DNA of 57,721 bases, counting the filler, from an uncultured bacterium (GTDB lineage Bacteria > Latescibacterota > UBA2968), in NCBI GenBank assembly GCA_964471275.1. It is 2 parts of 2 records of this genome, joined end to end, with 100 filler letters (N's around TTAATTAATTAA, not from the genome) between each part and the next. Parts side by side here need not be neighbours in the genome. Positions count along the whole stretch, not along the records: positions 1 to 29,027 come from CAYYGZ010000025.1; 1 more part is not named here. One strand, given 5' to 3'. The translations under genes were made by a program, and so were the position numbers. Positions 8,169 to 18,502 of this stretch are shown piece by piece. The notes under the pieces were generated by a model, which was not told where the DNA came from, searched no databases, and saw only the letters and a list, made by a program, of their open reading frames with translations. Each line of letters begins with the position of its first letter. Position 1 is the stretch's first letter.

Positions 8169-10580
8169 TTAGAAACCGAATCCGATATCCACAAAGGGGA
8201 GAGCCGGCAACCAACCCTCCGACAGACGGCCGAACGTGCCACCCGGTATCTGGCCGCCGCCCGGCTGTCCCCCACCGCCAAACCCACCGCCACCGCCGAA
8301 CCTGCCACCCGTGTACGTATATCTTCGAACATTCTCCCGGTTGTACACATTCGTCAACCCGAAAGAGAATCGCATCTGCACCCGACCGTAGTCATACCAA
8401 TGGCTGATCTTCATGTCCAGTCGATGGTAGAGCGGATACTTGCCTGACATGAATTCACCCACAACGAGTGAACTGTTCTGGGAACCGTCGGAGTTCGTCA
8501 CGGTCTCCACAAGCCTCGGCGTATACGGCCACCCTTCCCGGATTTCCCACCCCAGACCCAGATGCCAGTTGTCTTTGGGTCTGAAGATCACGTCGACCGA
8601 GAAGGAATGTCGCTGATCAAACCGTCTGGGTGCCGTATCTCCCATAACCTCAAAGGCGGCAGCCGAGAAATCGAAGGTCTCTTCGACGCTCGAGAGGGCA
8701 TAGTTCATCCACCAGTTCACTCGCCCCGTATCCCGACGGAGAAACAGCTCGATCCCCTTTGACACACCGGAGAGCGGGAAGAGCTTGACGCGATCCGCCT
8801 CCGATTCAGGAATGAAGTCTGTCTCATCATCCAGATTCTCGTAGCGAAACTTGATATCCGCCAGATCCTTGTAATAGGCTTCGGCCCGGAACACAAGACC
8901 CCTTCGGATCTGTCGCTCTATCCCGGCCACGTAGTGTGTCGAAAGAGACGCCGTCTGGAAAGCACGCTCACCGTCCTCTACCTGCATCTCCTGCACACCT
9001 TGCGCCTGATGGTATCGACCCCAGGCGGCTCGTAATACCGTCTGCTCGTCGATACTGAACGCCGCACCTGCGCGGGGACTGATCTTGGAATCATCCGTCC
9101 AGGACTGTCGATCGAACCTCAGACCGACATCCAGCGTCAGCGGGTCGGAGACTCGAAACTTGTCGCTGGCATACAACCCGATCTCTGTTCCTGTCGGATC
9201 GACGAGCGCAGACTCCGTCGCGTATCTGAGCTGGCTGCTGCCCAGCTCACTCGGCAGCAGCGTGCGCTCGAAGAAATCATACGACGTCTGTCCACGCTTC
9301 AGGTCCACACCGAACCTCGGCGCGTGCCGCTTTCCACCGGTGATCTGGACGTCACTCTTGACGCCGTAGATGTAGGTGTTCCGCCAGTCATCGACGAGCT
9401 TGGTCACGTTGTTGTCGAACCCCAGCTCGGTTCCCTGTCGACGATGGAACAGCTGGCCGAGGTGGGCAATCGTCCGCACCTGTGCACCATTTGTCAGTGA
9501 GGCATTCCACGTCCCCCAGACATAGCCGTTCGCATATCGGCTCTCGAACCGATCGAACGCCTCGTCGACCGCCACGATATCGTCCGCGGCAAGCAGACCG
9601 TTCATAGAAAGCGTGTGCCGGTCGTTCGCTCTTAAGGAGATCTTCCCAAAGGCATCGTAGAAGTCGGGTGAAAAATCATCATCAGGGCTGAACTTCTTGA
9701 CTGCCTGATCGAGATGGCTCATCCGACCGGAAAACACGTACGCGAGCCGGTCCGTCGCGCCCTCTGCACGCACGGAGGCCTGCATAATCCCGATTTCTGC
9801 TCGCGTCAGCGCGCCTTCGCGAGGCGCCCGGGTTCGCATCTCCAGGACCGCGGTCTCGCGATCGCCATATTCTGCCGGGAACCCGCCGGTCATCAGATCC
9901 ACGCCCTGAATCAGCCCCACATCGATGATGCTCATCACGCCCCCACCCAGATCCTTCAGATGGAACGGCTCGTAGAGCTCCAGTCCGTCCAAGGTCACCA
10001 GGATCTCGTCGTAATCACCACCCCGCACCGTAAAGCGCGCCGAGAAGTCGCTTGCAGACACACCCGGCAGCCGTGCAACGGCTCGGTAGATGTCCTGACC
10101 GACAAACGGCATGGCTTCGAACTCTTTGCGTGTCAGCGTCTGGGGCGCGGAGGGCTCGTCGCTCAGGATCGAAAAACGACCCGGAGTCACAACCATCTCA
10201 TCCAGAGAGAGAGCGGTAGGCCGGAGCTTCACATCCAATCGCGTCGGATCCCCGGCGGTGATCTTGATCTCGGTCAGCAACCACGGCCGGTAGCCGATAT
10301 AGGAGATCTCCACGCCGTAGATGCCTGGAGACACGCTCTCGAACCTGAACTCACCGGCCGCTGACGTGATCGCCGAAAGAGACATCCGTGAGGAAAACAA
10401 CCGGACGTTCGCGCCAGGCAGGGCCGTCCCTTCACTCGCGTCGGTTACGACCCCGTGAAGCATCGAGGTATCCTGTGACGCCGCCGAGAAGGGCAGAACC
10501 AGACAGAACAGAACCCCAACCACACTACGTCGGATCGCGTAGAACGTCCAAGCGTTCGCTCGCACCGGAACATTTCTCAT
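8169..10580 (-). CDS. TonB-dependent receptor with N-terminal carboxypeptidase-regulatory-like domain
   Basis: GVVTDA...LPGANV N-domain; plug motifs RLPGVS, VRGG, GGFPAEYG; SPRAGAAF; C-terminal aromatic residue (DIGFGF). Confidence 0.9.
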   Translation of the reverse strand: MRNVPVRANAWTFYAIRRSVVGVLFCLVLPFSAASQDTSMLHGVVTDASEGTALPGANVRLFSSRMSLSAITSAAGEFRFESVSPGIYGVEISYIGYRPWLLTEIKITAGDPTRLDVKLRPTALSLDEMVVTPGRFSILSDEPSAPQTLTRKEFEAMPFVGQDIYRAVARLPGVSASDFSARFTVRGGDYDEILVTLDGLELYEPFHLKDLGGGVMSIIDVGLIQGVDLMTGGFPAEYGDRETAVLEMRTRAPREGALTRAEIGIMQASVRAEGATDRLAYVFSGRMSHLDQAVKKFSPDDDFSPDFYDAFGKISLRANDRHTLSMNGLLAADDIVAVDEAFDRFESRYANGYVWGTWNASLTNGAQVRTIAHLGQLFHRRQGTELGFDNNVTKLVDDWRNTYIYGVKSDVQITGGKRHAPRFGVDLKRGQTSYDFFERTLLPSELGSSQLRYATESALVDPTGTEIGLYASDKFRVSDPLTLDVGLRFDRQSWTDDSKISPRAGAAFSIDEQTVLRAAWGRYHQAQGVQEMQVEDGERAFQTASLSTHYVAGIERQIRRGLVFRAEAYYKDLADIKFRYENLDDETDFIPESEADRVKLFPLSGVSKGIELFLRRDTGRVNWWMNYALSSVEETFDFSAAAFEVMGDTAPRRFDQRHSFSVDVIFRPKDNWHLGLGWEIREGWPYTPRLVETVTNSDGSQNSSLVVGEFMSGKYPLYHRLDMKISHWYDYGRVQMRFSFGLTNVYNRENVRRYTYTGGRFGGGGGFGGGGQPGGGQIPGGTFGRLSEGWLPALPFVDIGFGF

Positions 10581-11077
10581 TTCGAGTAATCCCAGGAATC
10601 GCCAAGGGCCGTGTCGGGAACTGGTAAACTGTCCAAGCGGCGAAGTGCGGATTGGACCCCATCAGCGGTCAGGTCGTCGATGTTCTCCACTCCCACGGTC
10701 TCTGACATAAACGCATCAGTGATCTCCGTGAGCGTCAGCGTCAGTTCGGGAGCTTCACGGATGCTGAAAAGCACGAACTGGACGTGAACGCCTTCGGTAG
10801 CACCCGTACCACGGAATGCGATCACGCCGGGAGCCTGCCAGAAGGAACCGTGATAGTCCGGAACCAGGATGCCTGGCACGCCACTGCTGTACACAACGAA
10901 GCTCTGATCCGGGCGAAAATCGACAGTTGGTGGGGCCGGAGGAGGTGAATCCTGAACCCAGAGGCCCGGCAGCAGGCTGTCGACAGAGCGAAACGAGGCC
11001 GGATCTTCGGCGAGACAGCCAGCCGCAATCACCGCAGACACAACACACCCGATGAGTCTCTGAGACTGAAATCTCAT
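10577..11077 (-). CDS. Hypothetical lipoprotein
   Basis: Lipobox VIAAG|C; ATGA overlap with the receptor gene; SD GAGG upstream. Confidence 0.6.
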   Translation of the reverse strand: MRFQSQRLIGCVVSAVIAAGCLAEDPASFRSVDSLLPGLWVQDSPPPAPPTVDFRPDQSFVVYSSGVPGILVPDYHGSFWQAPGVIAFRGTGATEGVHVQFVLFSIREAPELTLTLTEITDAFMSETVGVENIDDLTADGVQSALRRLDSLPVPDTALGDSWDYSK

Positions 11078-11274
11078 ACCGGTAGCACCTCACTCGTTAT
11101 ATAACCAACCACTTACTTCCCATCCTGAGTAGAATTAGCGCATTTGCAACGGCTTGTCAAACACCATCGTGGTGTCCCTTGCTGGACACAACCACAGTGT
11201 CCAGTTATATTCAGCCAGACACAACCCCCTTAAAATACAGAAGATGCGAATACGTCTCCCGAATAGGAACAGGA

Positions 11275-12234
11275 ATGCCGAAATCCGGAATATCGAAGAC
11301 CCAGGTCGCCATCGATGGCGTCAGCTTGTCGCTGAGCCCGCCGGTTACGCAGTCTCAGGAATGGATCGGGCAGACCGATGTCCTCAAACAACTCCTCGCC
11401 TGTTGGCTGGTCGTTCACGAGCAGGATCTCCCGCTCTCTCCCCGCCTCATCGGCCCCCCCGGAATCGGTAAGACGACCCTGGCTATGGCTGCCGCGCAGG
11501 AGAAGCAACAGACACTCTATATATACCAATGTACGAGCGACACGCGACCCGAGGATCTTCTGGTCACACCCGTACTGATCGAATCCGGCAAGATCGCCTA
11601 CCACGCCTCCCCACTGGTCACCGCCATGATTATGGGCGGCGTCTGTATCCTCGACGAGGGCAACCGGATGAACGAGAAAAGCTGGGCATCGCTTGCCCCG
11701 CTGCTCGATCATCGCCGCTACGTCGAGAGCGTCATCGCCGGGATCACGATCCCAGCGCACCCTGATTTCCGATGCTGTGTCACGATGAATGACGACGAAT
11801 CCACCTACGAGATACCGGACTACATCATTTCTCGGCTCCAGCCGACGCTTGAAGTCAGCTATCCCAACCGACAGGACGAGCTTGCGATCCTCCAGTATCA
11901 TCTCCCCTTTGCCGAAGCCGAAATGCTCAACATGACCGTCGACTTTCTGCAGCGGGCACACGACCTGAACCTGGAGTTCTCGCCTCGCGACGGCATCCAC
12001 ATTCTTCAGTTTGCTCTCAAGCGTCTGGCCCAGGACCCGGATCATCCGCTCGCACGCGATGTGGCCTGGCGCGAAGCACTGGAGCGCGTCCTCAGCGAAG
12101 AGGCGCTCGACCTCGACAAGATGGCCGAACAACGAAACCGTGTCCTCGGCAGTGAAGTTCCGGGTGTCAACCTCAGCGACTTTTTCTTCGGCCCCAACGA
12201 TCCACTCAACCCGAATCGCGACGACGAAAGCTAG
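11275..12234 (+). CDS. MoxR/CbbQ-like AAA+ ATPase (AAA_5 type)
   Basis: Walker A GPPGIGKT, Walker B ILDEGNR, HPDFR..TMN; start moved to ATG 11275 (ORF track begins at 11179). Confidence 0.85.
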   Translation: MPKSGISKTQVAIDGVSLSLSPPVTQSQEWIGQTDVLKQLLACWLVVHEQDLPLSPRLIGPPGIGKTTLAMAAAQEKQQTLYIYQCTSDTRPEDLLVTPVLIESGKIAYHASPLVTAMIMGGVCILDEGNRMNEKSWASLAPLLDHRRYVESVIAGITIPAHPDFRCCVTMNDDESTYEIPDYIISRLQPTLEVSYPNRQDELAILQYHLPFAEAEMLNMTVDFLQRAHDLNLEFSPRDGIHILQFALKRLAQDPDHPLARDVAWREALERVLSEEALDLDKMAEQRNRVLGSEVPGVNLSDFFFGPNDPLNPNRDDES

Positions 12235-12250
12235 CGTCTACGGCTCTCTA

Positions 12251-12308
12251 CCCTCTCCCTTCCAACGGGAGAGCGACGACTGAGGCAAAGCCTCAGTCAG
12301 GGCGAGGG
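12251..12308. repeat. BoxC-like palindromic intergenic element with two hairpins
   Basis: CTCTCCC/GGGAGAG stem (12253-12273), perfect GACTGAGGC-AAA-GCCTCAGTC hairpin (12278-12298), ending in AGGGCGAGGG. Confidence 0.55.
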
Positions 12309-12349
12309 CTCCGGTTCTACCTGAACTCTGAAACCTGATTCCTGGTCTC

Positions 12350-14197
12350 TTGCCTTTGACCAATCCCGTCCTCCAGCTCTCCGATCGCATCACGCTCCTG
12401 CCGATCATCCACGGCAGCGGTGACTTTGCGCTCGAGGTACGCCGTCGCATTCACGCGAATTCCTACGACTGCGTCGCGCTGCCGATTCCATCGGATTTCG
12501 AGGAGCACGTGGAGGAGGCGATCGGTCATCTGCCGCGCGTGCATATCGTGGCGCAACGAGAGGGAGGCGTCGGTGAGGATCCCTCCACCTACACCTTCGT
12601 GCCGGTCGATCCGTGTCAGCCGGTCATCTCTGCGATTCGCGAAGCGATTGCGGCCGACATACCGCGCGCATATGTCGATCTCGCTGTCGACGCCTACGAG
12701 CATGACACCTCGAACTACCCGGATCCGTATGCGCTGAAGACCGTGAGCCTCGAGAAGTTCGATGCGGCCCTGATACCCGGATTACCTCAACCCGTTCCCG
12801 GCAGCCAGCGATCGTCGAGGATTCGCTGGATGGCGCATCAACTCCACCTGCTCGAACTTGACTATGACAACATCCTGTTTGTCTGTTCGGTGCTCGACTG
12901 GCCCTGGATCCGTGACGCCTACACGGAGCGCCAATCCCCGCCGGAAGAGAAGGGCCCGGTCTGGCCGACCGAAATCTACTACGTCGCCGAGAACTGTCTT
13001 TTCTTCGTGATGGGTGAGCTTCCGTTCATTTCGCATCTGTATGAGCATCGACGCGCGGAGATGCTCCCGGACGAGACACTCGGAATCGACGGGATCAAAT
13101 CCCTGGTCCTGGAATCGCGATCGGAGTGGATCCGTCGACACGACCTCGCCTCTCACTGGCTCACCCCGCAGACACTGAGCCTGATGCTCAAGTATATCCG
13201 CAACCTGTCCCTGCTCGACAGCCGCATGTCGCCCGACCTGTACAACATCGCGCTCGCGGGCAAGCAGATCGGGGGCGACGACTTCGCGGCAACGCTCATC
13301 GAAACCGCGCGACGCTACACGCCTCAGATCGCCTCACCCTACCCGGAAGTGTCGCTCCGGTTCGATGTCGGGATCTTCCCGACGGGCGATGCCGACACCA
13401 AGAACCGTCTGCTGGGAACCCAACTGGAATGGCGAGAGCTGCCACTGCGGCCAAGCCCGCCTGAGGAAAAGCAGCAGCAATGGCAAATGCAGTGGGACCC
13501 GTATCGTCAGTGCTCGTATCCGCCAGAGGACGACCGAATCGAGAGCTTCAACGCCCACGTGCGCGAACAGGCGCGTATCCTGATCGGCGAGGACCTGGCC
13601 AAGTCTGAGAAATTCACTGCTTCACTGAAAGATGGGCTGGACATCCGGGAGACGCTCCGGAACTGGCATACCGGCGATCTCTACGTCAAGGAGCTACCTC
13701 CGTCGAAAGGCACCATCGATGCGGTCGTCTTTATCTACGATACACCCGCCGACCCGCAGAAATATCCGTGGCACACCACGTGGTACGCCGAACACAACGA
13801 GGAGTCGACGCTCTGCTTCTATGCCTCCAACTTCAGCGACAACGTCTTGGGCCCGGGTATTGCACAGGCCATCTACGGCGGCTGTTTCCTGCTCTTCCCT
13901 CCCCGGTCGATCCCTGACGTCTGGACAGATCCCCGGTTTGAGGAAGCAGCCGCGCTCGAAGAACGCCTGATTATGGGAGCCACCTACCATTCGAACGAGA
14001 AACGGATTGCTCTCGTCTCCCCTGTCGCTCCCAGCGCCAAATGGCGACGCATTGCCAAGCAACAAGGAAAGCGTCTCGTCTACATCCCAATGAATCGCTT
14101 CTCCCTGCAGACACTGGACCGTCTGCGTCGCTTTCACGTCCTGAACGGTCGCGAAGTTCGCTCATACGCTGCCAAATACATCAGAGACGTGCGCTAG
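12350..14197 (+). CDS. Conserved hypothetical protein, putative partner of the MoxR-like ATPase
   Basis: 615-aa ORF directly downstream of the ATPase; N-terminal LPIIHGSGDFA, C-terminal GLDIRETLRNW; no confident family. Confidence 0.75.
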   Translation: MPLTNPVLQLSDRITLLPIIHGSGDFALEVRRRIHANSYDCVALPIPSDFEEHVEEAIGHLPRVHIVAQREGGVGEDPSTYTFVPVDPCQPVISAIREAIAADIPRAYVDLAVDAYEHDTSNYPDPYALKTVSLEKFDAALIPGLPQPVPGSQRSSRIRWMAHQLHLLELDYDNILFVCSVLDWPWIRDAYTERQSPPEEKGPVWPTEIYYVAENCLFFVMGELPFISHLYEHRRAEMLPDETLGIDGIKSLVLESRSEWIRRHDLASHWLTPQTLSLMLKYIRNLSLLDSRMSPDLYNIALAGKQIGGDDFAATLIETARRYTPQIASPYPEVSLRFDVGIFPTGDADTKNRLLGTQLEWRELPLRPSPPEEKQQQWQMQWDPYRQCSYPPEDDRIESFNAHVREQARILIGEDLAKSEKFTASLKDGLDIRETLRNWHTGDLYVKELPPSKGTIDAVVFIYDTPADPQKYPWHTTWYAEHNEESTLCFYASNFSDNVLGPGIAQAIYGGCFLLFPPRSIPDVWTDPRFEEAAALEERLIMGATYHSNEKRIALVSPVAPSAKWRRIAKQQGKRLVYIPMNRFSLQTLDRLRRFHVLNGREVRSYAAKYIRDVR

Positions 14198-14365
14198 TAG
14201 ACAGTCACGAAGCGAATGCTGTATTCTGGCCATCGAATGTGCGGCGTCAATTCGAGCGCCAGTCGAGATCGGATCACCTGCGGCTTGACTTCCACGCGGC
14301 TTTCCTCTTGCCTATGCTTCCGTCTGATCCGTCCTGCTAGGGGTCAACTGAGCTAGCGCCACACC

Positions 14366-15655
14366 GTGAGGGCAACCATCAACGGCAAAGACGTGTCACC
14401 CTTCTCTATCGATTCCCTGGCCGGTACCGGTCTCGAGATCGGCTGGTCAGTCTCGGTAGCCGACAGGCCATCCGATCTGCCATTCCTGGAGCCGCAGTAC
14501 ATTCGCGAATCGGCAGGCTGGACAGAGCTCTCCGATGATGCTGTCGCAGACTGCCTGGAAGCGGCCGTCTTGATCGGCTCCGATGCGGGACTTCACACGC
14601 TGGCGTGGCACGTACATCGAGTCCTCTTTCACGTCGACACAATCGGACCTGACACATCTCGCTGGCCCGCCGACATCCCGGGTCTGGGCTCATTCACCGG
14701 TGCCTTCTACCTGATCCTGGCACTCTCAGGCATCAGACATATGCGTACCGATCACATCGATCACGGGATATCGGAATCGATCAGTCGCCTCAACTGTCGT
14801 GACATCCATATCTGGGCAAAGGAATATCACGCTCTCGGCGAGCCCACCGACACCGGGTTCCGTCACACATTCACAGCCCCACGCTGGGGACTGCACACCC
14901 GTGGCTTTCGCTGGGTTCTCGGAAGTCTGACCGGCCGCATTCTTCGCCTGGGACGGCTGCAATTCATCCACGCGTCGTATCGATCGGAATTCCACGCTTA
15001 TCGCCACGTCACGTCTGGTCTTGTGCAGGTCGCCGCTGGCAAGGGACATCGATTCTCGGATGACGGCTGGAAGACGGGAGACAAAGACACGGACGGGTGG
15101 TCCTCGTCCTTCGTCGAAGATGAGGATCGTACTGTCGCGACACCGATCGCCCCGTCAGGACGGGCGCTTCGAGAACCGATAACACTCGACGCCAAAGAGT
15201 GGAATGGCATCCTGGCCCCGGGGGACCCGATCGTGGAAATCCACATCCCCGAAGACGGCACAATGGACTTCGACGCGTGTGGGGCGGCCCTGCGCGAACT
15301 CGTTCGTGACTACCGAACCTACTTCCCCGACAGAGATTTCAAGGCCATCGTCTGTGGATCCTGGCTGCTCGATCCCCAGTATCAGGATGGCATGCCCGAG
15401 ACGTCGAATATCTGCCGCTTTCAGAAAGAAGCCTATCTCTACCCCATCGGTCCAGGCGGGGGGCGAAGCGGCTTCTCCCGGCTGTTCACGCACGACGACA
15501 TCGCCACACTGCCCCGCGACACGGTGATGCGCCGCACCTATCTGGATCTGATCGAATCCGGCGGGTTGTGGCGCGGCGGTGGTATGATGCTGTTCCCGGA
15601 GGATCTGGATTGGGGAAATCAGGTGTATCTCAAACAGCACAAACGAGAAGACTAA
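14366..15655 (+). CDS. Acyltransferase-domain protein (DUF5596 N-terminal + GNAT-like C-terminal)
   Basis: RLGRLQF, EIHIPEDG and CGSWLLDP...SNICRFQ motifs. Confidence 0.75.
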   Translation: MRATINGKDVSPFSIDSLAGTGLEIGWSVSVADRPSDLPFLEPQYIRESAGWTELSDDAVADCLEAAVLIGSDAGLHTLAWHVHRVLFHVDTIGPDTSRWPADIPGLGSFTGAFYLILALSGIRHMRTDHIDHGISESISRLNCRDIHIWAKEYHALGEPTDTGFRHTFTAPRWGLHTRGFRWVLGSLTGRILRLGRLQFIHASYRSEFHAYRHVTSGLVQVAAGKGHRFSDDGWKTGDKDTDGWSSSFVEDEDRTVATPIAPSGRALREPITLDAKEWNGILAPGDPIVEIHIPEDGTMDFDACGAALRELVRDYRTYFPDRDFKAIVCGSWLLDPQYQDGMPETSNICRFQKEAYLYPIGPGGGRSGFSRLFTHDDIATLPRDTVMRRTYLDLIESGGLWRGGGMMLFPEDLDWGNQVYLKQHKRED

Positions 15656-15732
15656 AGGCAGTTCAGAATGCAACCGTGTCTCGTTTGGTACTCTGCACTT
15701 TGCACTTGAACTCTGAACTCGATTCTGACTCT

Positions 15733-16725
15733 ATGACTTCGATATCCATAAACAGCCTGGCCAAGACCTACTCCGTCCCCGAACGTGAGGCGGGTCTCGC
15801 CGCTGCGCTCAAGAGCCTGGTTCACCGCAAGACACGCGATGTGAAGGCTGTGGACGAAATCTCCTTCAGCGTTGAGGGTGGCGAGGTCGTCGGTTTCCTG
15901 GGCCCGAACGGTGCCGGCAAGACCACCACGCTCAAAATGCTCTCCGGGCTGCTGTATCCGACGTCAGGCGAAGTGGACGTACTGGGACACACACCCTCAA
16001 AGCGAGAGCGTGAATTCCTCAGCCAGATCACGTTGGTCATGGGTCAGCGGAATCAGCTCATCTGGGACATTCCCGTCATCGATTCGCTCGAGCGAAATCG
16101 AGCCGTCTACCGGATACCGCGTTCGGAATACAGAGATACTCTCGAGGAGCTCACCGATCTGTTGGACATCGAAGAGCTCCTGTCCAGGCCCGTGCGCAAC
16201 GTGTCCCTCGGCGAACGGATGAAATGCGAGATCGCGGCAGCCCTCCTGCACAAACCAAGGGTTCTGTTCCTGGATGAACCGACCATCGGGCTCGACGTCA
16301 CGATGCAGCGGCGCATCCGTGACTTCGTCGCGGAATACAACCGCAAGTATGGCGCGACCGTCCTGCTGACCAGCCACTACATGGCGGACGTCGAAGCGCT
16401 CTGCAAACGCGTCATCGTCATCCATCACGGTCACATCCTGTTCGATGGTGACCTTGCGGATCTCGTCACCCGGTTTTCGCCTCACAAGACGATCATCGTC
16501 GAACTGGAAACCGAGAACACGGATCTGGCTCCCTACGGCGACGTTGTCGAGGCCGACGGGAACCGCTACTCGCTCCGTGTTCCCAAATCTGACACCCCCC
16601 AGATCACGGCCAGGATTCTTTCCGACCAGCCCGTGATCGATCTCACCATAGAAGATCCACCGATCGAGGAAGTCATTGAACAGGTCTTCTCAGAAGGGAG
16701 CGACAACCGGGAGCAGAGCGGATAG
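15733..16725 (+). CDS. ABC transporter ATP-binding protein (exporter type)
   Basis: GPNGAGKTT, signature variant SLGERMK, LFLDEPT, LTSH; start moved to ATG 15733. Confidence 0.92.
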   Translation: MTSISINSLAKTYSVPEREAGLAAALKSLVHRKTRDVKAVDEISFSVEGGEVVGFLGPNGAGKTTTLKMLSGLLYPTSGEVDVLGHTPSKREREFLSQITLVMGQRNQLIWDIPVIDSLERNRAVYRIPRSEYRDTLEELTDLLDIEELLSRPVRNVSLGERMKCEIAAALLHKPRVLFLDEPTIGLDVTMQRRIRDFVAEYNRKYGATVLLTSHYMADVEALCKRVIVIHHGHILFDGDLADLVTRFSPHKTIIVELETENTDLAPYGDVVEADGNRYSLRVPKSDTPQITARILSDQPVIDLTIEDPPIEEVIEQVFSEGSDNREQSG

Positions 16726-16799
16726 AGCGCAGAGCTAAGAAGGTGATCCTTCCAAACTCTACGCCCTGCGTCTTGCACTCGGGCTCTTTAGCCGTCCCA

Positions 16800-17594
16800 A
16801 TGTTCGCAATCTATCTCTCATACCTAAAAACCACTCTGGCGCTCCAGTTCCAGTATCGCGTTGCTATGTCGATCTGGATGATTGGACGTCTTCTCGAGCC
16901 TCTGGTCTATCTCGTTGTCTGGACCACGGTCGCAGACGCACGAGGCGGATCCGTCGGCGGCTACTCTCCAGCAGACTTCGCCGCTTACTACATCGTCCTT
17001 ATGCTCGTCAACCAGTTCACCTTCACCTGGATCATGCACGAGTACGAGTATCGCATCCGGAGCGGCGATCTCTCGTCTGTGCTCCTCAAACCCATTCACC
17101 CGATCCACAGTGATCTGGCCGACAACATCGGCTACAAGGTACTCACCTCCGTCATCATCTTCCCCGCTGCCGGCTTCCTCTACTGGCTTTTCGACCCGGC
17201 GCTCAACACGAACCTGACCTTGTTCGGTCTGTTCATCATCTCGATGATCCTCGCCTATCTCCTGCGCTTCCTGCTGGAATGGTCGCTCGCCCTGATCGCC
17301 TTCTGGACCACGCGTAACGAGGCATTCAACCAGATGTACTTCCTGCTCGGATTGTTTCTGTCCGGCCGCATCGCCCCGCTGAATCTGCTTCCGGACTGGC
17401 TCCGCACGATGGCGGATGTCCTCCCTTTCAAATGGGCGGTCGCCTTCCCTGTCGAGCTGGTCTTGGGAAGACTCACGCCAGAGGAGATTTCCGAGGGGCT
17501 GCTGATACAGACCGCCTGGCTGATCGCCGGAGTCATTCTCCATCGGTTGGTCTGGTGGCGAGGCGTGCGGAGATACTCTGCGGTGGGGGCATAG
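16800..17594 (+). CDS. ABC-2 family (DUF990-type) permease
   Basis: About six TM segments; QYR...IRSGDLSSVLLKP...LSGRIAPL; start moved to ATG 16800. Confidence 0.85.
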   Translation: MFAIYLSYLKTTLALQFQYRVAMSIWMIGRLLEPLVYLVVWTTVADARGGSVGGYSPADFAAYYIVLMLVNQFTFTWIMHEYEYRIRSGDLSSVLLKPIHPIHSDLADNIGYKVLTSVIIFPAAGFLYWLFDPALNTNLTLFGLFIISMILAYLLRFLLEWSLALIAFWTTRNEAFNQMYFLLGLFLSGRIAPLNLLPDWLRTMADVLPFKWAVAFPVELVLGRLTPEEISEGLLIQTAWLIAGVILHRLVWWRGVRRYSAVGA

Positions 17595-17595
17595 A

Positions 17596-18381
17596 ATGCA
17601 TCGGCTGAATCTCCTGTATACATTCTTCAGGATCGGGATCATGAACGAACTGGCGTATCGAACGAACTTCTACGTTCAGATCGCTTCGTCGCTCATGAGT
17701 CTGGGAACCGCGCTTGCGGGTCTTCTGGTCGTGTTCAACCATACCGACACACTGGGGGATTGGACATCGACCGATATCCTTGCGCTGCTGGGTATCTACG
17801 TCCTCGTCAGCGGCGCGATCCAACTCGTCATCCAGCCCAGTATGCAGCGTCTGATGGAGGACGTCCGCCTGGGCACGCTCGATTATACGCTCACAAAGCC
17901 GGAAGACGCGCAGTTCCTGATCAGCATCAGCCAGATACGCATCTGGAAAATCACGGATATCATCCTGGGTGTTGTCGTGCTCGGCGTTGCCCTTGCCCGT
18001 CGCGGTGCCGAGATCGGATTCGACGACACGGTTGGATTCGCGATTGTGCTTGTCTGCGGGGGAGCGATCATCTACAGCTTCTGGCTGATCCTGGCGACAC
18101 TGTCCTTCTGGTTCATCCGGATCGAGAACATCCTCGTCATCTTCGAGACAATGTATCAGGCCGGACGCTGGCCGATCGGCATCTACCCGGTCTGGTTGAA
18201 GTTCATCCTCACCTTCATCGTTCCGATCGCCTTCGCGATCACGGTACCGGCCGAGGCGCTCACCGGCCGCCTGACCCTCGATTCCCTTCTGCTGGATATC
18301 GCCGTCGCTTCCGGCATACTCGTCCTCTCACGTCTCTTCTGGCGAATCGGTTTGAGGAACTACGCCGGCGCCTCTGCCTAG
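17596..18381 (+). CDS. ABC-2 family (DUF990-type) permease
   Basis: AYRTNF...GTLDYTLTKP...WPIGIYP...YAGASA; multiple TM segments. Confidence 0.88.
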   Translation: MHRLNLLYTFFRIGIMNELAYRTNFYVQIASSLMSLGTALAGLLVVFNHTDTLGDWTSTDILALLGIYVLVSGAIQLVIQPSMQRLMEDVRLGTLDYTLTKPEDAQFLISISQIRIWKITDIILGVVVLGVALARRGAEIGFDDTVGFAIVLVCGGAIIYSFWLILATLSFWFIRIENILVIFETMYQAGRWPIGIYPVWLKFILTFIVPIAFAITVPAEALTGRLTLDSLLLDIAVASGILVLSRLFWRIGLRNYAGASA

Positions 18382-18502
18382 CCCTGCGGCGGCATCTGCT
18401 ACTGAGTTGACAGGTTCAGAACAGCGACGTCTCACGATATCCCCCTCGCTGCGAAAAACACTCTTGTCACCCTCATGCGGTCACCGTAGGTTGGGTCCTC
18501 CG

